Source: Podarcis cretensis (Eukaryota). From it: a stretch of 64,000 nt of DNA. The stretch's first letter is position 1. Each line of letters begins with the position of its first letter. The DNA lies in assembly GCA_951804945.1 (NCBI GenBank), contig OX638160.1, positions 32,736,001 through 32,800,000 on the forward strand. Reading direction: 5' to 3'. A program made the translations under genes and the position numbers. This document shows, one piece after another, positions 1-13,174 of the stretch. The notes beneath the pieces were generated by a model. That model was given only the letters and a program-made list of their open reading frames with translations. It did no database searches and had not been told where the DNA came from.

Positions 1-1499
1 CTTATTCTTTTATGCAAAAATGTAGATGACAAATCTTTTTTCTAGGTAGCCTAGAGTGACTAGTCCTTTCTTATCATAATGTTGTCATAGTGACAGTGAC
101 ATCAAGGAGCATAGCAATTTGGCTAAAAATAAGTAAATAAAATTGTTGATTCCAAAAGGAATGCTACACAATGTTCCTTCAGTGTTTAAACATTTCTGCA
201 TTGCTCCTCACATCTTTGTTCAGATTAGATACTACAATTATTAGCGAACCTTTTAAAGTTTTTTGTTAAAATGAAAAATAAGAGCATAAGAAGGCTGCTG
301 GGTAACACCAAGGCTGCATTCACTTTATTCCATTTCCTCTGTGTTTCCTGACCAGCTCACTTCCACAATTTATGTGATCTTTAACACAATGTAAAATTGA
401 ATGGAATCTAGTGGAAGTTTAACACTCATTTCCATATCAATTGATATGCTGGGAAATCATGGGAGTTTTGCCGCAAAATTTTCCCGCCATTTTCGTGACT
501 CACGCCATATGATGAAATGTGGGGTGTTATTGCATCATACAGTTCTTTCCTGCCGTTTTCATGGGTGAATCATGGGGGGACAGAAGCGTGGATGTTCATA
601 GAGGGTGGTGACATGGGTCCAATGACACCAGCTGTCGTCTCACACCACATCCACTGGTTTGAATAAAGTTTAGCACGGCATGGCAGTGCAGTGCATTACT
701 ATCAAGCTGCAGTTCCATAATGCCAGCAGGTCATGCAATGGAAAAGTAGTGTTACTTGTTCAGGAGCACTAGCATTATAGATAAGAAAACTAACACCTGA
801 ATGAACCCCAAGTGCCCATCTCATCCAACCCTCTGCTTCTCACAGTAGCCAGCTAGGAACCCCACAACCAAAGCATGCTTTTGCTCCCCAATTATTGATA
901 TTCAGGGTTTTTTAAAAAAATAAAAAGTTGCCAAATGTTAATTGTTAGATACCTGAAATCTAAAAACTTGCTCTAAGAAGTGTCCGACGTAGTATCCCTT
1001 TAAAGAATGTTCAAAGCACATTTCGCTGGTCAAAGAATTCTCCGCACTAATGTTTGTTAAGAATTGCGGGGAATTATAACTCTGTGAGGGGTAAACTGCA
1101 GTGCCTGGAATTCTTTGAAGGAAATAATGTGCTTTGAATGCGCTTTGAAGGGTATGGTATGTGCACAGCCTTAATCTATTGTACGAAGACTTCATACAAT
1201 TGCGTCTGCATAGTGTCATCCAGCAGAATTTCCCCAAGTATTTCACGACCTAGTTATGCTTAGGCCTTCTGCAGAGAATCCCAATGGCTCAGCAACTTGT
1301 GCGGACATGTTTGCTAAAACACATTGCCGATGAAATCTCTCACATTCATTCACACTTAAAATTCCTGTTTGGCGACAGGGTCTGTACCAAGGCCTTGGCT
1401 TATTGCTAGGATTAGTTTCAGTTATTGCCGTCTGATGATGCGGATCAGACATTTGGCATGGTCTGTAAAAGAGCCACGTGTTTTTTTGATCCTTGATTC

Positions 1500-1815
1500 T
1501 TATGGCTGGCCAGCTCAAGTTTTCATTGATTATATGGTCCCATTTCAATCTGGCTTCAGACCCGATTTTTGTACAAAGCTTCTTGGCTATGCTGGTGAAT
1601 AACACTAAATGGGAGATATCGGAAGTGTGTCCCTTTTGAATTTCCTCCGTTTCTCAACAGCCTCCAAGTACCATCAGCCATGAAATCCTCCTGAACTGCT
1701 GTGAAGAACTGGAAAGGAGGCGCATTGCCTTGCAGAGATTCTTCTCTTATGTGTCAGGAAAGTTTGAGGAAGTAGTGCAAGGACGTATCTCGCTTGAGCC
1801 TGTGGGAATCATAGA
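1500..1815 (+). mobile_element. Old, degenerate L2 LINE fragment (RT region)
   Basis: Translates to DYMVPFQSGFRPDFCTK, resembling the L2 RT motif LDPFQSGFRPGHSTET. Decayed matches to LLDLSAAFDTVDHSILL and LQWFRSYLSGR follow, with frameshifts. Boundaries approximate. Confidence 0.65.
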
Positions 1816-3382
1816 GTGCTGCAGGATCTGAGCCCTGCTCACATACAGGAATGCTGCTTCTTATACATCCCTTGTAGAGATGTGCCATCTCTGGGAATTT
1901 TGAAGCAACAGAGAAAGGGAAAGGGAGATCTGCTTTGTGTACCTTACAGCCATTTAGGTGTGGTGGAAAATGCTGCCTACAGATTGATCAGCTTATGTAT
2001 GTCAAATGGGGTTGCCAGCTTATCTTTTATCCAAGGCAATGAAATGTCTTGGACTTGTCTTTTGTGTGTGGGTGTGTGGTGTCAATAATGGTCACATGGC
2101 ACTTGCAAAATACAAACCGTATATATACAGCAAATAAAAATATCCCACCGTGAGTGACTGCTCTTCCCTGTAGTCCTAATCACATTGCCTTTCCTAAGCA
2201 GCAAAAGTTAATAGGCATGTTGGCAATGCAGAAGTATATTTGCAATGTCACAAGAAAAATATTATTCAGTGGATGTGATTTTAAGAGGTTTTCAAAGGCA
2301 TAATTGGCTGTGTGTTTCTTGTATCTCACTGGCAGATGATCAGAATTGTAACACAGGGATAGGGAAACCTGTGGCCATTCGTATGCTCCCATCAGCTCCA
2401 GCCAGAATGGTCCATGCCACTGGGAGACTTACTACACTTCTGCGTTGCTTGATCTGGAGTATGAAAGGAGAACGAGAACTAACCATGTCTTGTTGAAACT
2501 AGCAGAAGTACTTCTATCAGCCTTCTACAAAGTCATCTAAAAGAATCCTGGGTCTATAAAAAAGCTAAAGTTGGGAGGAGAGAATCTTTATGAGCGTATT
2601 CTCTTTCTGAAGAGAGCTGTTCAGGGATAAACAACACAGAGCTTCTTGTCGGTTGCTAGATAATTCCATAGAAAGTCTTTTGTATTAAAGTACCAGTTGA
2701 AGTTGTTTCCCAATTTAAATCAAGTTTCACCTTTTCTCAAAGTCCTATTCAGTACCTTCATTTCCATATTTGCAATTTGTCATCCAGCTCAAGAACCAAG
2801 CCCAATTTAAGAGCCTTCCGAGCAAGTGGCAAATACAGCTATATTCAGAGGCATCAATAGTAGTACAGCTGAATACAGCTAAAATATTCTGTTTTGAACA
2901 GCTATCAATCTTAAGAGGAGCCTCTGCAATATGATCAACATCTGTGCTGTGATTCTGTCTTCTGGATAAAACTGCAGAGCATGATTTATAGAATACCACT
3001 AAATAATTCTTGCATCAAGCTAATAAAAAGGATTGGGGAGAGACCAGAAGTGCAAGTAGGTAATTTTTCAAGGGAATAGACTAATTATTGCATTTGGTAT
3101 TTCTTGCTGAAGGAATAATATATTACTGGCAATACCTTTTTCTTCTTTCTGTCACCATTATTTTCACTGTACATAATATGGTAGTTAGTAATGGATGCCT
3201 ATTATTCACTTACCTACAAAAGCTAAATTCTGACAATTTCAAGTCAAGAAAAGGTACCTGAATTTAAAAGGGGGAAATGCATGTACAGTTAGGGGTGCCA
3301 GCCATATTCCAGTCCAGAAATAAGTTGCTAATTTATGCAGGTTTTACTCTTGTTTCACATGGAAAACATTGCATATTTGCAC

Positions 3383-3524
3383 CTGGATAGCTCAGTTGGT
3401 TAGAGCGTAGTGCTGATAATGCCAAGGTCGCAGGTTTGTGTGGGACAGCTGCCTATTCCTGCCTTGCAGGGGATTGGACTAGGTGATCCTTAGGGTCCCT
3501 TCTAACGCTAGAATTCTATGAATC
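3383..3524 (+). mobile_element. SINE with tRNA-Ile-like head and CR1-type 3' tail
   Basis: tagctcagttggttagagcgtagtgctgataatgccaaggtcgcagg (A box, GAT anticodon-like loop) is followed by ttggactaggtgatccttagggtcccttctaacgctagaattctatgaatc, the typical CR1 3' end. Confidence 0.8.
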
Positions 3525-4512
3525 CCCCAGGCTTAAACATTTTAAAATGCAGCATTTCTGCCTACAAGGCCTATATATGCAGCTGAGATCTTCCTGTTGC
3601 CACAGCTACAAGAGAATATAATTGTTGTGGTGAGATTATGACATACGTAAACTTTTCCAGAGGGGGCCTTAATTTCATTGGAGTTTGGATCAGCTCAGAA
3701 GTGGCTCAGGTGTCATATTCCATTAGCTACCATCAGGGACTAGAATTCCAGTCCATGGTGGTTTGAGCCTCCTACCCAAAACACTCACCAATGAGAGCTG
3801 GGATGAAGGCACAGGTGTGTTTAAAACAACCCAAGTCAAGCACAGGGCATCAGTCCAAGTCCAGAACATAATCCCAAGGCAAGGACAAGCAACCATCCAA
3901 GGTCAATGCCAAAAGGAATCTAAATAGAGCAGCTAGGTTCAGATTCAAGAAGTCGGGGACCTATATTATGGCCTCCTATACCACATCCTAGTCACAGCTG
4001 CTGGTGCTAAATTTATTTCAGGTATTATTGTTTGTTCTCATGGCGAACCCCAAGTCTCACTGAGACCTCCACAGGTGGTGAGTAGCATTGTCAGAGACTT
4101 CTGACTGAAACAAGAGGGGAAACTGCTGGTGTTTGCTTATACGTCCCGTCATGATGTCTCCTTACATCGCATGTGACACAGAAGCGCCTGGGAGCCCCGT
4201 AAGTTGCATTGGAGGCCCCACGGTGAGGGTGCCAAGCACCTACAACAATTTTTTTGTGGATGCCCAGGTCCCCAGTGCCTGGAATGGAAATCAATGCATT
4301 GAATATGATAAGTATTCACTGCTTTTGTTGCTTTCAATTCACAAATGATATATGATTGATTGCACCCACACCCACACACCCTTTGTGTTGTGTTTCCTTT
4401 GCACTGAAATGAATGCAGTGGAACAACATCTTGACAATGTAACTTATGCAATGAATTATGTAAATTATATAATTCCACGACAGTGAGACAAATAATGTAG
4501 AATTTGGTGGAA

Positions 4513-5181
4513 GATGATGATGATGATGATAATAATAATAATAATTTTTATTTATACCCCGCCCTCCCCAGCCAAGGTCGGGCTCAGAGCAGCTTACAAG
4601 CAATAATAAAAACAAGTTGAATGATTACAACTTAAAAACAAAATTAAAATACAACATTAAAATATTGAAACATTAAAATATTAAAATGTAGTCTCCTCAC
4701 AGGAGGAGAAGTAAAAGAAAAAAGAAAGAGAGGGAGGGAGGGAATCAAATTGGCTCCAAGCCAAAGACCAGGTGGAACACCTCTGTCTTACAGGCCCTAC
4801 GGAAAGAAATCAGATCCTGCAGGGCCCTGGTCTCATGAGGCAGAGCGTTCCACCAGGCCGGAGCCAGAGTTGAAAAGGCCCTGATTCTGGTTGAAGCTAA
4901 TCTAACTTCCTTAGGGCCCAGGACCACTAGGGCATTGCTATTTATGGACCTTGAGGCTCTCCGTGGGGAATACCGGGAGAGGCGGTCCCGTAGGTACGAG
5001 GGTCCTAGGCCCTGAGGGGCATTAAAGGTCAAAAGCAGCACCTTAAATCTGACCCTGTACTCCACCGGGAGCCAGTGCAGCTTGAAAAGCACTGGATGAA
5101 TATGCTCCCATGACAGAGACCCCGTGAGGAGCCTCGCTGCAGCATTCTGCACCCGCTGGAGTTTCTGGGATGAACTGCAGC
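4513..5181 (-). mobile_element. L2 LINE 3' fragment (ORF2 C-terminus, 3' UTR, (TAT/CAT)n tail)
   Basis: ORF 4745..5209(-) contains KLQRVQNAAARLLTG, HIHPVLFKLHWLPVEYRVRFKVLLLTF and AFSTLAPAWWNALP, all diagnostic L2 motifs. Simple-repeat tail at 4513-4545. Confidence 0.92.
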
Positions 5182-5224
5182 AAAATGGAAACGGTCCTGC
5201 ATGCGACAAATGAAGAGCAAAATG

Positions 5225-5518
5225 GAAAACAATGCCTTCTTACATCCCTACTGTTGAGTTGCATGCTACCTCATCACTCTTCATCATGGATCTTTTGGTG
5301 TTTGCATTCTTGAGAGCTGAGAGGTGGCTCTGTCTCCTCCTCCAACAGCCACAATGCTTCTTCAATGGGTATCACCCAGGAAGATCCCACAAAAGAATCC
5401 TCAGCACTGGTTCCAGGGGATCCTGCTTGCTCTCCAAGGTCCTTGGTCTGTAGGCTATCAGGTTTTCCTGTGAAGACTCAGTGTCTGGTAGTGGGTTCAA
5501 GGCTAGGCATGAGTGACA
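5225..5518 (-). mobile_element. Decayed LTR fragment with remnant acidic/Arg-rich U3 reading frame
   Basis: Minus strand starts TGTCA at 5518. It encodes DTESSQENL... and EETEPPLSSQECKHQKIHDEE**GSMQLNSR, resembling the other ORF-bearing LTRs in the window. Confidence 0.45.
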
Positions 5519-6381
5519 CCAAGAGATGAGCTTGTAATTTTGCAATGATGAGTCTTTTTCAAGTGTTGGCACCATCACTAGTCATATGTCACATTCCATG
5601 AACTGGTTTCACCATTTATCTGTTCAGAAAGAAAATATTTCTGTCTTAACTCATCTTGGTTATCTGCCACAGGAACAATTTCAGATGTGTTAGACCAAGC
5701 ATATGCTATTCATTCAAAATATTGGGATAGATAGAAAAAACTCATTGAAGGAGCAGGCTGAGAAAAAAGTTAATGACACACAGGGGTGTCAGGAAATTCA
5801 GCTGTAAACAGAAGCAGAAAATGCCGTGGTTTACGTGTTCATCTATGGTCAGGAACAAAAATTGGTCAAATGAAAAAAATCAGTATTTGCTCACAATGTT
5901 TCATCCAAAAGATATCTACAAACACTATCTAATTAATGATGTTTTTCAGATTGTTTTGACGTTTCATTTACATTGCAGCAACTGCTTTCTGCAGGGTTGA
6001 TCAGATGTGCTTGTGTCTACACTGATCTATGCAGTATGGTAAAAGAAAGATGACTTTTTATCCATTGATAGTTATGTGTTCCTCAGCATAGATGGATTAT
6101 TCATTCATTTATTTTAGTATTATCTTAGCTTTATGTAAGAGTTGGAGCCTTTCTTTAGTCATCTTTTTCTGCATTACAAAATGCTCTTGAAAGCACCAAG
6201 CGTTGAAGTTGTGATCCTTCGAACAAGAGTCTCTAAATCAAAAGGGACTGGTTTCACTGCAGTTTGAGCTTGCCAAGAAAGGTCTCAAGGGGTAAGCTGC
6301 TACGTTTGCAATCATGGCTTCCCCTTTGTCCAAACATTGGTGCCACCATAAGTCAACTTTGTGCCACCACATCCCCTACCA

Positions 6382-6523
6382 CAGGGTAGGAAACCTGTGA
6401 CCTTCCATCAGTCAGTTGGACTGCAAGTCTCATCATCCTTTATCACTGACCATGTTGGCTGGGGCTTATGTGAGCTGAATGAAATTCAATGACATGTGGA
6501 AGGCCACAGGTTCCCCAACTCTG
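6382..6523. mobile_element. hAT-type MITE
   Basis: Ends CAGGGTAGGAAACCTGTG ... CACAGGTTCCCCAACTCTG form imperfect TIRs. Near-perfect 8-bp TSD ccctacca/ctctacca. Confidence 0.75.
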
Positions 6524-7658
6524 CTCTACCACATCACAGTGCATGTCACAGCCGGTTGGGGGTGTCAAAATGTCTGAACTGGGAAAGAAAACCATAGTTG
6601 TATGCTATGTATATTTTATTGCAAATCAAGGGTAGCTAAACATGAACTGGATTGGTTACTCAACCCCTTGACCCTGTCTTCTCAATCCTGCTCTGTACAT
6701 TGACGTTTCCTCTCAGGCTTTTTCCAGCTTGCCCCAGTGCTCTTTATTCCCACTGTCTTTTTTGTTTTCCTCAGAGTCTTTATGCCTTTACCGTGACTAA
6801 CTAGATTTTCCCCCCAGCTCCTGCTTTCTATCAAAGACATCTCAAATACTTATTTAGTCAGTGCTCGTCTGCCTTTATGCATTACGAGGACTGAATGAGA
6901 ACTAGTTTTTCATTCCTAATGGCTGCATAAAGGGTATACTAGCCTACTTTCCCCCAGCTTCTTCACTTGAACATTTCTATCATAATACTGAGAGTACTAA
7001 GAGTTTAGGGGTTGTTGTTGTTTTACCAAAGAGTATTTGAGATGCTCTCCTTGGAACCACTACCATTCTATTTTCTGATATTCTAGAAAACACACTAGAA
7101 TTAGTATGGCCTCAATAGTACATCTGCTTAAACGACTGTTAAGCGAAGCTTAAGTGCATGCTGGTGTACTTACCTGAAATGGTGGGAGCTTCACTCATCT
7201 CTATTCCTGCTACTGTTGTGTTGCTTGAAAATAAACCGTGGCCTGGCTTAGCATTATATCTGATCCTGTGCCCATGGTTTGTTTCTCTCAAACAAGCCAT
7301 GAGTGGCAAGCCAAGAGTGGTCATGGTTTGGAGAGGAACAAAGCACAATCTTGGATTTTGACGTAACCCTAAGCCAGATCTTGGCTTGTTTCCTGGCAGC
7401 AGTGGGATGGTGGAGAGAGAAGCGCTTTGTGATTTCAATGGCTTGCACCAGCACATGGCACATTCACATTGAAACCACTGCTTAGTTTAAACCATAGTTT
7501 AGGGCTTATCTGCACTTCCTTTTGCTCCAGTGTTTGCTCTGAGTGCTCTTTTAAGGGGCGAAAAGCAAAGAAACTAAAAGCTCAGACACAGCTTTTAAGT
7601 GTGGATCTGTGCCTGGAAAGAGCTGGGCATAATGTAGGTATGAATAAGCCCTACGTTT

Positions 7659-7878
7659 TAGCAGTTTGAAAGCACGTCAAAGTGCAAGTAGATAAATAGG
7701 TACCGCTCCGGCAGGAAGGTAAACGGCGTTTCCGTGCGCTGCTCTGGTTCGCCAGAAGCAACTTAGTCATGCTGGCTGTACGCCGGCTCCCTCGGCCAAT
7801 AAAGCGAGATGAGCACTGCAACCCCAGAGTTGGTCACGACTGGACCTGATGGTCAGGGGTCCCTTTACCCTTTACCTT
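7659..7878 (+). mobile_element. Sauria SINE, 5'-truncated
   Basis: aaagtgcaagtagataaataggtaccgctccggcaggaaggtaaacggcgtttccgtgcgctgctctgg, then gtcacgactggacc, then an (ACCTTT)-type tail: the Sauria SINE 3' half. Confidence 0.9.
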
Positions 7879-9300
7879 AACTATGGTTTAAAGTGACATG
7901 CGAACCAGGCCTATAAGTTAATGAAGTGTGGCCTAAAATTTCAGCTAAATAAAAAGGAAAGAAAAAAGCTCCTGTTAACTGTCTGCTCCCAAATCTCGCT
8001 TTACATGTGTATCACTGTAGTCTACAAACATGTTGGTTTGGCATCTGTTCAGAAGTTGTTGGTGACTAAATATGTGATTCATGTTAGGGACGTGGGGAGG
8101 TGGTTTTGTACTCTACCAACAGACGGGTGTAGTAACAGTTTCACATGCAAACTGCCTTCCCCTTATTGCATATGGATGCAGAACAAATTGTGTGTGGGGA
8201 GGAATCCTCATTTTAAGAACAAAAGCTCTATGGAATAGTAGAAGAGTATTTATTGCTAAGCCAATGAAATATTTACAAGCTTTTCTTTATTTCATTCAAA
8301 TGTGGGGAAATTCATACCTCTATAAATATCCGCGTTAAAAAGCACTGTATGGATCTTCCTTGTATTTCTGCTGTTTCTCCCTTTACTGAACATAAGGCTG
8401 TAGTTCTACATAAAAAAAGGGGAACTTCTAGAGCATTGGTGATCAAAGAGGCACGGTGACCAGAGTCCATATCGATGCTTGCATTGAAAATCACCAGTGG
8501 TAAGGGAATTGTACAGGTGGCATTTCCACCCCCACCCCCCTTTAGCAGTTTTTTTTTTCACATTTTCTGTAGAAAAGAGGTGATGCTGATAATTTCATTT
8601 GATGTGTGATAGTAAGCTATCAGCAGTGCCTATTGCAGATACATTTCCTTACAGAAATCCAGATTACCAATGGGATGACAAAAAAACAACAACTAATTAG
8701 TCTTCAACACATGGTCTTATCACCAGTGTCCTGTATGTGATTTCCCGCAAATGACTCTACTGGCCCTCATTCATGCACACATGCCCAGCCAGTTTTTTAA
8801 AACAAAAACATGGTTGGCATTCCAGAAGTATAACTAAATCTAAGTCAAAATGGAGGGCACTTTTTTTGTGGCAATGCCAGAAAACACCCCCTTTATAGCA
8901 AATTTTTAGAAATTCCTTCAAAGGAACTTAACATATTTGCCTATTCAGAATGAGGGCAATGCTTCCTGCATTGGCTTTGTTTTTACTCAGTGATGTAGCA
9001 TTATGACATCATCCCGTTCACAATATGTTTGCCGACTGGCTGGAATGATCCATGGGACTAATGCAGAAAGGCCTGCCCTCGCTCAGGAGTGGCTTCATTT
9101 GCACTCAGCCAGGTCATGTGATCAAAGCTAAGTGCCTGTCTCTGACTATAAGATTCAACGTTTGTAAATCAACTCACTTCTCACAGGGTGAAGTCCTGCT
9201 CCTTCTCTGCTGAGGGCAGGGAGTGAATGTCAGTGCATGAAAGAAATGAAGATGCAACAGGCATGGGAGGAGGAAGTAGTCTCCTCTCTCTTCCCCAATA

Positions 9301-9523
9301 CAGTGGTACCTCGGGTTAAGTACTTAATTCATTCCAGAGGTCCGTACTTAACCTGAAACTGTCCTTAACCTGAAGCACCACTTTAGCTAATGGGACCTCC
9401 TGCTGCTGCCGCGCCGCTGGAGCATGATTTCTGTTCTCATCCTGAAGCATTATATCTGGGTTAGCAGAGTCTGTAACCTGAAGTGTATGTAACCTGCAGC
9501 GTATGTAACCCGAGGTACCACTG
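9301..9523. mobile_element. Tc1/mariner (Tigger-like) MITE
   Basis: TIRs CAGTGGTACCTCGGGTTA / TAACCCGAGGTACCACTG, flanked by TA on both sides (9299-9300, 9524-9525). Confidence 0.92.
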
Positions 9524-11080
9524 TATGTCCCTTTGTTGCCCAGTCAGTGGTAGATGTAATTGTAGTTGTGAGAAATGTACCTCTACATTTGTGGTGAGGG
9601 AGGCAGAGAGCAGCCTAGTCTAGCCCCTTTCCCCTTTCCTCATCCTGCTCATTAGAACTTCCATTTTCAGACCTTTGTTGCTTCTTATGAGGCAGCAAAT
9701 CGTCATGGCCCTGTTAAATGAATGCACAGCACATCCCTGCCTCTCACCAGGATTAAATTAAGGATTTCTGGATGCACCAACAGATGGAGCAGATGACCTT
9801 TGGAACTGCTACACCTGATCCTCCATTGGGAAAGAGCAGGATTGCATCCATATATCTAGGCTTGTATGCAATTACTCATTCATATATGCCATCAAAACTA
9901 AACTTAGGTTTATGTGCCCAGGTGCTTAACTGGAGCCAAAGTACTTTTGCCAGATTATGCAGTCATACCATCTGTAACACACAACTACTGAATAAAAGAT
10001 CTTAAGACATCCAAATAGTCTGAAAAGAGCTGCTTAAATTGATCTAAGGCATAAAAGAATATCTTTTTATAGGGATCCAAACAATGCTACTGTTTCATCA
10101 ACCACTCTTTGATCCAACCTATATTTGTCAAAAATATTCAAGATAACTCAAAACAGTTATTAAGAAGCCCTAGCTTCCTTGATTCTGATGTGACTCAGAT
10201 ATGTAATAGAATTATTTCTGTATATATTCTGCAATGGTTGTTCTGCTTGCTAGTACTTGTAAACTGAAAGTGTTTGCATGAAGTATACAAAAGTAATTCA
10301 ATTCAATGTGCATTTTAATCCAAACCTTGAAACTAACATTTATTCTATGCAATGGTCTCTGTATTAAATGCAGTGCTATGAAAACACACCCAAAAGGTGT
10401 CTCAGATTCAAAAATAAAAATAAAAATGAATGTGTATGTGTATGTGGTAACACCCTTCTGCTTGATTACTACTTGAGATGAATTTGTCTCTGTGCTGGAA
10501 CACAAAATAATTAAAATAAATTAATTTATAGATATTGCTGCAACATCACACACATCAGTGACTACATAATATGAGGTTTAGTTTGCAATTAACCAGACTC
10601 CTCATTAGACCATTAGCATAACAGCCTATTTACAAACAAAATTAGATTTTTTTAAAAAAAAATTAAAAGACGTATGGTAGACAAAGGCCTGCAAGTAAAA
10701 GCCGCTTCACACAACCAACCTGATTCAGTCAGTATGGCAGTTGAATGGCTCTGTGCTGAGCTGAGTTTTTAGCAAAGCAATTGCTTGATAGCTTCACCCC
10801 ATGTGGGCAACATACTGAGGGCTACAGGTTCCCTTCCCATCTCTGTTCTTGACCACCTGCACACAGGCTCTTTCTCCAATAAAGCCACCCCTTGCACCCT
10901 TCACCGAAACTAGAATTGTGAATGGATGTTGCAGAGAGGGTTTCTCTCAAAGGCAGCAAGTTTAAAAACATCCCAGACATCAAGCTGGTTCAATAGCTGC
11001 ATAGACTTCACCACAACACACGGTGCAACATCCCAAAATAGTATAAAGTAATAGGAAGATTCTTTATACCAATCAGGCTA

Positions 11081-11280
11081 CGGAGAAGACACATAGCTCA
11101 GTGGTAGAGCAGCTGTTAGGCGTGCAGAAGACCCCCAGGTTTGATCCCCCAGTACATCCAGTTAGGTCAGGGAATATCCTTTCTCTGAAGCACTAGAAAG
11201 CTGCTGCAAATCAGCATGGGCAGCACTAAGATAGATGGACCAATGGTCTGACTTGGTATAAGGCAGCTCTCTATGTTCCT
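11081..11280 (+). mobile_element. tRNA-derived SINE (Cys-like head) with CR1-like tail
   Basis: atagctcagtggtagagc (A box), ggtttgatccc (B box) and the tail gatggaccaatggtctgacttggtataaggcagct...tatgttcct. Confidence 0.8.
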
Positions 11281-12241
11281 GTTTGTCCATCTAGTCCTTT
11301 AGTGCCCATCCAGACCAGCGACTCTCCAGGAACCCTTAGGCAGAGGTTGTTCTCATCTTCAGCTACCTGGTCCTACCTGGCCCTACCTGGTCTTCCAGCT
11401 GTCTGTGGAGCCCTCCTTCCTTCCCTCGATGCCCTAAGCACATGCTTATTTTGCTTACTGGTTAATCCAGCCCTGCCAACTCCACTTATTCCCCTGAGTC
11501 ATCCTTTCTGCACAATTCCTTGCCATGCATGTATTCTTACCCATCACCCCACTTGCTTCCCAGGATAAATTAATTTTCTTAATTTTGCATGTTAAGTACA
11601 AAGAGGCATTTTACAGTACTTACTTTGAGCCTTAATATATTTAGAATGCAAAAGAAAGATGTGAAAATGTAATAGATTTTTGCAATGTTTATAAAGCAGT
11701 GTGTCATGATTTGGTGATTTATTGGTTTTAAGCAGAAGAGTATTGTGATATAGATTTGAATTTGTATTTAACTAAGGTTTTTATTACAACCTGAGATTAA
11801 GAGAAAGTTTTTTTAAAAAAGTATTAACAAATCCGTAGCTAACTAAATTATAGGATCTGATTCCTACTGCCAATAATACAAGACAGAGCTTTTCAGTGCA
11901 TGAATAAAAAGCAGGGTTTGCAAAAGTATGTTTTATCAGTACCACCAAATCAGGCACTTTTAACATGATAGATGATTAAACATGTTAGAGGTTTTGATAA
12001 CATTGAAATCTCCACTGAAAGGATCATCGGCTGAGAAAATATGCCGGATGCTTCCTAATATAAATTGGAAACTAAATGTGTTCTTCAGAGGAAAAGAGAA
12101 AAGAGCCTTGGGAACAAAAGGGACCACAAATAATTTGAAATGTGCTTATCAATCTACAATATATGATTTGAATTTTAGAGTATGCAGTTTGGGATTGGTG
12201 GGTTCAAAAAAGTCTCATATATGTACCTATCTTTCTCTTAT

Positions 12242-12243
<2 letters not shown>

Positions 12244-12305
<62 letters not shown>
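12244..12305 (+). repeat. Compound microsatellite (AC)n(TC)n
   Basis: Directly visible. Confidence 0.97.
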
Positions 12306-12310
<5 letters not shown>

Positions 12311-12367
12311 TCTTACCAGATTTCCTTTTTGAATGCCCACTTAGGCATTCACCATTTTGGCTAAACA

Positions 12368-13174
12368 GTGTATACGGTGTTAAGGGAGGAGTAACACCAC
12401 TGGAAGGGGACATGTTGTGTTCCTTCTGGGGTAGTTTGTCCACCTTTGGTCCCTACTCTGCACTCAGTTCCTAGAAGCTGTCAGCATCCGACAGCAGCCA
12501 CACCCCAGGAAACAGCTTCAGCTGGTCAGCTAAACCAGGTGGGGCTGAAACCCTCAGTGAGTTAGGGACGTCCCCAGTATGCAAAGACAGGCTCTGGTGA
12601 ATTGAGCAGATGAGAAAAATAGTAGGTCCAGCAGTCAAGAAGACAGTTATCGCAGACGCTGTAGAGGGAAATGAGGGACAAATGGGGTTCATCAACCTGG
12701 GAGGTTAGCTCAACTAGGAGGAGGAAAACTCTCATCCTAAACCTCTGCTGCTTTCTCATTCACCAGAAAGGCTTTGGGATTAAATTCATACCTGCTGCCT
12801 TGTGGGACAACTTCAGAAGAAGAAAAGCTAAGGAGTAAACCCTACACAAATCCTAAGATGGTTGCATGCCTCCTTCCAGCAACTCCTGCAGCCAAGCTGG
12901 TGCCAAATGCATTGCTCTGCTTTCATTTGGACCACATCAGCGTGGTTGAGGGGGTGGGTCTTGCTGTCCAAGACCCCCATACACACTGCCCGGGTTAACG
13001 CCCCAGAGAAGTCACTTTGCTGCTGCTAATGCAGGAAAAGCAACATGGGAGGCAGCAATTATGAGTTACTGGTCTCTGCAGCCATAACAGTCGTTGTGAT
13101 TCTCCAGTAGTTTGACTTCACCCTCAGAGGCACACTCCATTGTCTCTTGCAATAGAAGGATGCCAACAATAATC
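12368..13174 (+). mobile_element. Non-autonomous, ORF-less retroposon, probably RTE-clade derived, with TSD
   Basis: Flanked by the 11-bp direct repeat ttggctaaaca (12357-12367, 13175-13185). The 3' end ccattgtctc...ggatgccaacaataat resembles RTE-clade termini. No RT-like ORF inside. Confidence 0.65.

Noticed and set aside
938-1246. 102-aa ORF as a host exon
   Set aside because: No recognisable domain; lies among repeat remnants next to the decayed L2.
2435-2560. Possible minus-strand exon (ttttttatag...atg|gttagt)
   Set aside because: All three frames contain stops.
3383-3450. tRNA-Ile gene
   Set aside because: The T-arm and acceptor stem are broken and it runs into a CR1-type tail, so it is a SINE head.
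11982-12364. THTHTH/LSLSL ORFs
   Set aside because: Translation of the (AC)n(TC)n microsatellite.
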